Origin: Naegleria gruberi
Lineage: Eukaryota
Length of the DNA stretch: 64,000 nucleotides
Reading direction: 5' to 3' (one strand)
NCBI GenBank assembly: GCA_000004985.1
Contig: GG738876.1
The notes beneath the pieces were generated by a model that saw nothing but the letters and a program-made list of their open reading frames with translations, had not been told where the DNA came from and did no database searches. Each line of letters begins with the position of its first letter. The stretch's first letter is position 1. Position numbers and translations under genes: made by a program. This document shows positions 55,872-64,000 of the stretch, one piece after another.

Positions 55872-56795
55872 TTAAAAATTAATAGTAAAATGTTCTTCAT
55901 CAAGGGTATTGAAAAGAATACCATCATTAACTAAAAGTCCAAAAGCTTGTTCCAAATCATCCTCATTGTAAGCTTCATAGAGAGGTGCCAAGATGTCAGC
56001 CTTAGTGACACCAGTTCTTCTATTACCATTCATGACTACAGTTTTGGCGACTTCAACAATATCATCCTTCACTCTTTGAACATTTGAAAAATTGCTACTG
56101 CTTGCATTATAAGTAGCATTACTTGTAGAAGCTGATGAACTAAAGTTGTAACCATTATCAAGAGTAGAAGTATTCATAGTGTCACGATTGGATTGGGTAG
56201 ACTTTTCTGGAAGCCCAACTGTATTAAATAAATGTACTTGAATACATTCAAGCATGTGGAAATAAATTTCATTGGCATCTTCAACTCGTCTGACCATTTG
56301 TGCTTTAATTGAAAGTCTATCTTTATATTCACTAACTAATCCGAAAGCTTTGACAAATTTGTTGACTCTACATTGTTGATTATTGAAATAATAAACACAA
56401 TTAATAATTATTTTCAAATCATGACAAGAACAATTAATGATGATGATAAATAATCAACATTTGTGAATATATAATAATACATACTGAATTTGTTCAACTT
56501 CACTCTTCAAAAATGGATTATTATTCACAGATTCATCAAATACTTTTACATCCAACTTTCCGGTACAATCATCAATTTGAATTGTGGTAAATCCATTCCT
56601 GCTGTTGATTGATGTTACCATTCCCAACACTTCAACAATATACAATTCCTTTCCATCGACAATAAACTTTTCGCTTACCGTCTTTCTACCCAGTAATTGT
56701 CTGATTGTGAGAGGAGTAATCGATGAAGGCTTTTCACCACTCATCCTTGTGTGTTCCTTTGAATTATGGGAGTCTTCGAAAAATCCAGTTTCCAT
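55872..56795 (-). CDS. RPA2: Replication protein A 32-kDa subunit (RPA2), 2 exons
   Basis: join(56795..56485, 56367..55872). The intron is 56368..56484 (117 nt, GTATGT..ATGTAG, phase 2). It has an N-terminal Ser-rich region and an OB-fold (PLTIRQLLG...ELYIVEVLGMVTSI..). The C-terminal winged helix (...DILAPLYEAYNEDDLEQAFGLLVNDGILFNTLDEEHF) matches RPA32. Confidence 0.8.
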
Positions 56796-56830
56796 TTTTT
56801 TTTAAATTTTTATCAATTAAAAAACCGTTT

Positions 56831-56841
56831 TTTGGCGGGAA
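56831..56841 (+). promoter_or_regulatory. E2F-type site TTTGGCGGGAA about 36 bp upstream of the RPA2 start codon
   Basis: Exact match to the canonical E2F consensus TTTSSCGS at 56831-56841. A weaker variant TTTTGGTGGAAA lies at 56859-56870. It sits in the 476-bp divergent promoter between RPA2 and the capping protein beta gene. Confidence 0.35.
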
Positions 56842-57271
56842 GCAATGCTCAAGCTAGTTTTTGGTGGAAAGTAATTTGCTTCAATCGCCAGCAAGAAGTG
56901 ATGTTACATTCCAATAGAACTGTTCTGAACTGGATAATGACCAGATTTATGTAAACATTACCCAACTCTACCTGATCATCAAGGCAGGCCATAAAAATGT
57001 TCATCATGGCAGCACTTGGAAGTAAAATAAAACGGCACTCGTCAATAAAATTTCTCAGCAACAACTCGTTCGACACTTAACAAATCACTCTCCAGAACAC
57101 TTGATGCCAGACAAACCACTGCCATCCAGCCAAAATTATTGATGTGTTGATTGAGTGAAAAAGGATTTAATTTAAAAAATTTTTAATCATCAAAAAAATA
57201 TCTTTCTCTCGTCATTGAGCAGCGGTTTTCTCTCTTGTGCGCGACTAAATATTTAAATCATCATCATCAAC

Positions 57272-58090
57272 ATGGCATCCGAAGATAGTCAGCTTAATTC
57301 TGCTCTTGATCTTTTCAGAAGACTCCCACCTGCTCAATTGGAAACCAACTTGAGTTTTGTTACTGAATTGGCACCACATTTAACTGATGATCTTTTGCAA
57401 ACTGTTGATTGTCCATTGAAAATTCGTAAATGTGCTGAAACTGGAAAGGATTATCTTGTCTGCGATTATAACAGAGATGGTGATTCCTACAGAAGTCCAC
57501 ACTCTAACAAGTATGACCCACCTTTGGAGGATGGTATTTTGCCACCTGAAGATTTAAGAGATTTGGAAAAGAAGGCCAACGATATTTTCCAATCATATTG
57601 TGAACAATACTATGAAGGAGGTATCTCTAGTGTTTATATGTGGGAAGTTATGGATGGAGGATTTGCTTGTGCTGTTCTCTTCAAAAAGGATGGTTCTGGT
57701 TTGAGAGGTGTCGAAAAGGGTGTTTGGGACTCTATTCACGTTGTTGAAGTTCAACCACAAGATTCTAAAACTGCCTTGTACAAACTCACCACTACTATTA
57801 TTTTGAGTATGGCCACTCAAGATGGACAATTGGATCTCTCAGGTAGTGTTCAAAAACAAGAAGATCAAACTTGTTCTTTTGATAATGCATACAATAGCCA
57901 TATTGTTAACATGGGTAACATGATTCAAAAGATGGAAAATTACTTGCGTAACCAATTGCAAGGAGTTTACTTTGATAAGGCTCGTGAAATTACTCGTACT
58001 CTTCGTAACACTCAAAGTTCTGGTGAACGTAAGGCCCAAATCTTATTGCAAAATGAATTGGCCAATGCTCTCTCCAACAGAAAGAGATAA
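57272..58090 (+). CDS. F-actin capping protein beta subunit (CapZ beta)
   Basis: Single exon of 272 aa. LNSALDLFRRLPPAQLETNL...DYLVCDYNRDGDSYRSPHSNKYDPPLEDG...WDSIHVVEV aligns end-to-end with CapZ beta. Confidence 0.9.
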   Translation: MASEDSQLNSALDLFRRLPPAQLETNLSFVTELAPHLTDDLLQTVDCPLKIRKCAETGKDYLVCDYNRDGDSYRSPHSNKYDPPLEDGILPPEDLRDLEKKANDIFQSYCEQYYEGGISSVYMWEVMDGGFACAVLFKKDGSGLRGVEKGVWDSIHVVEVQPQDSKTALYKLTTTIILSMATQDGQLDLSGSVQKQEDQTCSFDNAYNSHIVNMGNMIQKMENYLRNQLQGVYFDKAREITRTLRNTQSSGERKAQILLQNELANALSNRKR

Positions 58091-58427
58091 ATCATCAACA
58101 ACATGAATCTATGGTGTTGATAACATAATGATGACAATATGCTGCTATTTATACAGTTGGATGACCAAATTATTTATTTATTTATCCATTGAATTGTTTT
58201 TGGAGTTTTGGTAATTGTCATCCTAATGTCAACATTATTCTGTATCAACTTGTACCCATATACACACAATGTATAATTGTATCATTAAAAAATAATTTAT
58301 TTGTTTATATGTTATTTAATATTTCCAAAGAATTGGCAAATCATCATTAATTCTGATCCAATTCCATCCCATTCCAAGTTAAAATATTTTATTAATAATA
58401 AATAAATTTGTTTTTTTCAATTGATTA

Positions 58428-60101
58428 TTAACATGTTTGAACAGGGAAATCAGTAATGCCATTCCAGAATGGACAAACAGTGCTATACAAATTATTTGTA
58501 ATAGACAAGGCACCCTTCTTCAACATATTTCTCTTATTATTACAAACTGTATAAGCTGGCCAAGTAACCATATCAGCAGCCAAGTTGGAAGATGCTGCAT
58601 TGTTGTTAACATTTGAACTGACAATAAAATTGGACCAATATCTGATCAATTGCTTGGAGAAGTTGGTTTCTTCATCAGTGAAGGTGTAAAACTTTGAAGT
58701 TAATCTCACTTTCATGACAGATGGGAAGAAGAATGGTAGCTCTGTTGCATGTGATGCACCATAACAAGTTTCGTCAAATAATGGATAATCAATAAAGTAG
58801 TTGAAAGTGTACAAGTAAACTTTGGTAACAAACTTGGTAAAGAGAGAAGCAGCATGTCTTGCATTACAATGCATTTCAGCATCACTAAAATAAACATTGA
58901 AATATTGTAAATTGTTATCATAACCAACATTTGGATAATAAGTTGGCAAAGAACTCCAGAAGGTATTAACCTTATCCTTTCCAAATACAGAATTGAGAAC
59001 TCCACGTTGAGCAGTAGATGATAAATCACTTGGATATCCACAAGTCCATTGAGTTGTTTCATTGTAAGTAGTTCCAATAATTGTTGGAACTTGCTTGTAA
59101 TTACCAATCAAAAAGTTGTTATAAATTGTATCATTGGTAACATAATTATCAATAACTGGAACGAACAAATCTGTGGAACCATCTTGATAGGAGAGAATAG
59201 TGCTTGTTGGCAAATTTCTGAGACAATTCAATGATGAACAGCCGACAGCAGTCTTGAATTTTCCTGAAATAACATTGGCATCATCAACACTTTGTTGGAT
59301 TAACCATGGAAGGAATGATCCACTTTGGGCAATAGCACCTTTGACTTTACCTAATAATGGACTTGTCAAGAGAATGAGAGTACTGACACCTCCAGCACTT
59401 TCTCCACCAATTGTAATCTTACTAGAATCACCACCAAAGTTATCAATATTCTTTCTAACCCAAGTCAATGCAGATAATTGATCCAAAAGTCCCAAATTGC
59501 CAGTTGTCAAACCATTTTCAGTCTTAAAAAGTGAATCAGAAAGAAATCCTAAAATTCCCAATCTATAATTGAAAGTAACCACAACAATTGGTGAACCAAC
59601 TTGTTGACTAACTTGTGTCCAATAATCTCCTTGATACATATTACCACTTTTTCACACATTACAAAATCAAGTCAACTCGACAACTTACGTTCCATATTTG
59701 AAAGCTCCTCCATGAATCCAAAAGAAAACAGGATACTTATTTGTAACATTAGCATCAGCAGGTGTCCAAACATTCAAAAACAAACAATCTTCACTTTGTG
59801 CTTGATCATAATTGTTTCCACTTGAATCTGATTGGACACAAACATTTCCATAATTGGTAGCATTAAAGATTGTTGGAGAAATGACATCAGCAACATTGAT
59901 TGGAGGTTTAAAACGATTGGATCCAGCAGTTGAGCTTGCAAATCTTATACCAGTAAATGCTCTGGTTGTTGGATTTGGAAAGTAACCACGAACTTTACCT
60001 TGTTTAGTGTCAACAATTGGATCGGTGGTGGCAGCATTGATGGATAATGCAAGTAGGAAGAGAAGTAGTAAACAAGTGAGAGAAGTAACAATCTTTCTCA
60101 T
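58428..60101 (-). CDS. Type-B carboxylesterase / cholinesterase-like secreted esterase, 2 exons
   Basis: join(60101..59689, 59646..58428). The intron is 59647..59688 (42 nt, GTAAGT..AAAAAG, phase 2). There is a signal peptide. The type-B signature 2 (EDCLFLNVWTP) and the active-site GESAGG (..ITIGGESAGG) are present. Confidence 0.85.
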
Positions 60102-60554
60102 TTTGTTGTTGTTAATTTTTTTTTAAATGACAAGTGGCAGGAGCTCACAAGTTACTTGACATTAAAGGTTCTGTTACAATATTGTACTTGACTTTGTTTC
60201 TTGTTGGTTGTTCTTTAGTTGTGCAAAAATGAGAGTTCACACTGGTGAACACAGATCAATAATCCGAAATGTAATGGTTCGCTTTCTAGTTCAGCAAAAA
60301 CTAACAAACTAAACTTGACGAAAATTGGGTGGAGAAATGTTTCGCTCTCGAGTTTTATGTAACCTTTGCATTTCGAATCGTTCACATTCATTTCGAATAT
60401 CATTTTGATATTCCTTTCTTTCAGATTATGGAGTTCTTTGATATTGAACTTGTCTATTTCACACTTTCACACACTTTCTAATATTTATCATCTATGTATC
60501 TCAACATTCTATTGTATAACTTTTCTCTTCTTTTTATTCGAAACTACTTTACAA

Positions 60555-62552
60555 TTATTTTTCTTCCTCTTCCAAACTAACCTCCTTCTCAATCTTTCTA
60601 TATTTATACATATTTGCCATAACCAAATGAAACACCAATCCAACCAACATTAACAAGGCAAAGAATGAAAACTCATAAACTTGTTTCAATGGGAATTCCT
60701 TCAAAGTTCCCATTGGAATACTCGCCACCACCACAACAATTACATTTCCCATACTCACAGTTAAGAGATAGTAGGATTGGAGGAGGGATTTCATTTCCTT
60801 TGGGGATTGAGAGTAGGCAAATTCTAAACCAGTGACTGAGACAAAGATTTCGGCAATGCTTAGTAGAATGTATTGAGGAAGTTGCCAGGCAACGTGGATT
60901 TGACGTGGATACATACGGACAAAGATTTCAACGATGGCTGCTGCGACAAATGACATGGATGCAATGACCATTCCAATACCTATTTTACGGAGTGGTGTTA
61001 GGTAGTACTATAGTTGGAAAAATGATATTGATAATTTGGAAAGATTGTGAAATTGTTTTTAAAAAAATTGAGAAAATGGAAATTGTGAAATACTTACAAA
61101 TTTGGAAATGAGCTTGTAAATGAATCGATCGAAAACAATGACGAGTCCAATAACTAGGATTGGATTAATGGTTGTAATTTGATCACTTCCAAATACATAA
61201 CTTCCAACTCTTCTATTCATCATTTCAGCTTGAAACACAAATCTACTCGAATGTTGATCGAATAAAGACCAGAAAACAGTAATTGGTAATAAAGTAATGC
61301 ACACTCTATAGACACATTTGGCATCATTCACTTCCTTTTCAGTGCATTTACCTCTAGCTCTATCAAGCCAGTGATCATTCTTTTCATTGGAATTTAGAGT
61401 TTCATTCTTTTTGGTTTCGTCTATTGGAGTATGTTGAACGAGAACTGAAGTTTCATCACTACTGAGTGGTGAGCTAGGTCTTTCACCTCCTCCACCACCT
61501 CTCACTGCAGTAAATACCACTCTAAAAAACTTCAAAACTGGATTATTCTTCAATCCACTTGGTTTTACAACTCTGTACCAACATTTACCAATTGTGAAAA
61601 TGACAGTTGCCACTAATAACAAACCCAATGGAACAAAGAAAGCCACAGCATATCCAAATTGTGATCTGATGATTGGAGTTACGAATGAACTAACAGTTGA
61701 ACCAATGTTAATGGAAAAGTAAAAAATTGAAAAGAAGGAGGAAATTAATTCTCGTTGATCTTCTCTGAATTGATCAGCTCCAATGGATGAAACATTGGGT
61801 TTGATACCACCTGTTCCAACACCTACAAGGAAGAGACCTAGCATGCAACCCCACCAATGAGGTGGAGTTCCTGTCACTCCTTCAATGGCAGTGACACTAA
61901 TCACAGTCTGACCACTACAGTAAACCACTTTAAATTATTGGAATCTATTGAGAAATAATGAGTAATACTTACATAAAAGCAAAACAATGGTCCAATATTT
62001 ACCAATTAAAGCATCTGCCAAGAAGGCTCCCAAAATTGGTGTCACTTTTCAAAAATTGCTATTGAAATAATTGAAATACTTGAAAAACTTACAATATGCA
62101 AAAAAGACAAATGCGTGAACAATACTCGTTGATGCATCCTGATCAAATTTCAAATAATTCAACAAGTATAAACTGAGAATTGTCTTGAAACCATAAAACG
62201 CAAATCTTTCACACAATTCTGCAAACATGATAAACCACGTCGAGATTGGATACTCGACAAAGATGAAAACTCTTCTAACCCAATGTTTTTTCTGTTTTCC
62301 ACCTTCAATATTCTCATCATTCTTATCAAAATTCTCCTCATCATCACCATCATTCTCATGATTTTCATAATCATTTTCAAATTGATTATTTTCGGAGGAA
62401 ATAATTAAATGATTTTCCTGTTGATAACTTGAATATTGTTGCTCTCCTCCGAGTCTTGCTACTGCTCCATCCTCTTCATATGAGTTACTATTGGTATTAT
62501 CAATAAAATCAACTCCGTTCGGAGAAGATTCATCACTTTGCATTTTTTTCAT
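60555..62552 (-). CDS. Proton-dependent oligopeptide transporter (POT/PTR2, MFS), 4 exons
   Basis: join(62552..62093, 62044..61973, 61927..61098, 61007..60555), 604 aa. The introns are 48, 45 and 90 nt, all GTAAGT..AG with phase conserved. PTR2 signatures: ELCERFAFYGFKTILSLYL (motif 1) and GTGGIKPNVSSIGADQF (motif 2). The acidic N-terminus is unusually long. Confidence 0.85.
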
Positions 62553-62930
62553 CCTTGTTTCAAGTTGACAAAAGATTCTTTTATGTTCTTGTTGATTTTT
62601 ATGAGGAATGAAAGAAGAAACGAATGGAAAATCTGTTGATTTTTACAGATTCACATGAAAAGTGTTTATTGCCCTTTTTGAATGTGGAACTGTAATGTGA
62701 ATTGTGAGTTTTTACAATGAAAATTTTCAAGACGAAATTCATAGGGCAGGAGCATTTTGTAAAATTGATCTCTTGGATTTTTCACAATCATTCACATATT
62801 CACTCAGATTCTTGTTCATTCACTTTTCTTCTTGATTCATTAAATATTAGTATTATAAAAATATGAACGAACTCTGTAAGATGAACTTCATTGTAAACTC
62901 TCGAAATCAATTAAAACTAATTAAAAAAAA

Positions 62931-64000
62931 ATGCCTCAACATTATCGAGTTCATCGTCAATATCCACTTGATACATTCTATCCGAACTTTTTTTCTGCAG
63001 GTCAGGCAATGGTTAAATATTGGGTAGCAACATCGAGTGATGATATTTATGATACGAAAGAGATTAATGATTCGGGATGGTCTTTGATTGAATTACCTTT
63101 TGAAAGTAAGGCTGTTTGGTTGGGAAATAGATTGTTATTGTTTCATACGACCCAAAATTTGTTGGTTCTGAATAGACATGTTGCATTGAAAGTGCTTCAT
63201 TCATTCAAGGTGTTTCATATGCCATTTGAGAAGGATCAATTATCATCATCGGCTTGTCCTTTCTATATTTTTGATATTAGAAAGTTGGTTGATATTGGAT
63301 TTGATGTGAGTGGAACTGATCCTGATTTAAAGTGTTATGATATACATCGGGTAGTTTGTGATTCATCATGTTTTTATTTTGAAATGATAAATGGAATATT
63401 GATCGTACTAAAGAGCGATGAAGGAAAATTGATTATTGATACACGATTTGTAAAGGACAGAATCAAGTTAATAGAGACATCGCTTCAATCATCAAAGATG
63501 GTAGTTTATACAGAAGGTCACAAGCTGTATTTTGATTCAGAAAATGTTCCTATTGATCATATTGATTCACCATTTAGATTGATTGCTGCTAGTCCTGTTA
63601 GTGTTGCATTGGTGACTGAGGACAATAGATTCTATCTTAATGGAGATGATTCAAATGGAACTTGTGGGGGTATTCAAACAGGAGGTAACGAGTTGAAACT
63701 AGCTCTAAAACAATTCTCACCATCGGAAAGGATTGCCAATATTAAATGTGGATATATTCACACTGTAATTTTACTAGAAAATGGTCATGTATGGGCAAGT
63801 GGATACAATGATCTGAAACAATGTGGTATAGAAGGACCTGTCAAGGAATTTACTGAAATTGAGGAACGCTATTACCAATATGGACATTTCAGAAAGATTA
63901 GGTCTACTTCGAGAGGAACAGTTTTAATGTCAGACTCTGGGGCAGTATTCATAGGAGAGGTAGTTCACAAATTCAAACAGTACAAGGATAGATACCTCTT
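62931..64000 (+). CDS. RCC1-repeat-containing protein, 5' part (continues beyond the window)
   Basis: An open frame from the ATG at 62931 to the window end, with no in-frame stop across 356 codons. It is absent from the track only because no stop is reached. ...CGYIHTVILLENGHVWASGYNDLKQCG... is an RCC1-type beta-propeller blade. Confidence 0.5.
   Translation, partial: MPQHYRVHRQYPLDTFYPNFFSAGQAMVKYWVATSSDDIYDTKEINDSGWSLIELPFESKAVWLGNRLLLFHTTQNLLVLNRHVALKVLHSFKVFHMPFEKDQLSSSACPFYIFDIRKLVDIGFDVSGTDPDLKCYDIHRVVCDSSCFYFEMINGILIVLKSDEGKLIIDTRFVKDRIKLIETSLQSSKMVVYTEGHKLYFDSENVPIDHIDSPFRLIAASPVSVALVTEDNRFYLNGDDSNGTCGGIQTGGNELKLALKQFSPSERIANIKCGYIHTVILLENGHVWASGYNDLKQCGIEGPVKEFTEIEERYYQYGHFRKIRSTSRGTVLMSDSGAVFIGEVVHKFKQYKDRYL

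Noticed and set aside
1-64000. Prokaryotic operon, phage or defence-island interpretation of the window
   Set aside because: There are spliceosomal introns with GTAAGT donors throughout. U2 snRNA, 5S rRNA and eukaryote-specific proteins (Arp2, CapZ, RPA2, SBDS, F-box, myotubularin, CaaX GTPase) are present. Several track ORFs 'start' at TTG/GTG codons inside exons, which shows the track was made with a bacterial start table rather than indicating bacterial genes.

Overview
This window is eukaryotic, AT-rich (about one-third GC) and gene-dense, with spliceosomal introns. It is not a prokaryotic or phage locus. The evidence is many short introns of 33–117 nt with GTAAGT/GTATGT donors and YAG acceptors, a U2 snRNA gene, a 5S rRNA gene, two cloverleaf tRNA genes each followed by a T-run terminator, and proteins that are clearly eukaryotic. 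Those proteins include Arp2, capping protein beta, Hsp70, RPA2, SBDS, a myotubularin, F-box/LRR proteins, RING/RWD, MAEA, Yippee, a VAMP7-like SNARE and Rlp24. The 5S motifs, KKDKK-type low-complexity coding, codon usage and a Zn2Cys6 factor fit an amoebozoan (dictyostelid-like) genome best, but I cannot prove the taxon from sequence alone.

The supplied ORF track uses alternative start codons. Several of its 'M' starts are TTG or GTG codons lying inside exons or introns. I therefore reconstructed exon/intron structures by hand. Junction coordinates are to the nucleotide where I could verify phase continuity.

About 43 features are listed, roughly 38 of them protein-coding genes on both strands.

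The main things I would look at again are:
- a cluster of small-RNA genes (tRNA-Glu, 5S, U2) within 1.3 kb;
- a ~600-bp GC-elevated non-coding block carrying a tRNA-like B-box fragment;
- a large receptor kinase with an NHL-repeat beta-propeller ectodomain;
- a degenerate kinesin motor lacking its catalytic motifs;
- an apparent 1-bp frameshift in an Hsp70 gene;
- a Ras-like GTPase with a non-canonical P-loop;
- a secreted protein of 12 near-perfect 19/20-residue tandem repeats;
- an E2F-type site directly upstream of RPA2;
- two same-strand genes separated by 2 nt.

I found no transposon, CRISPR array or prokaryote-type defence system.
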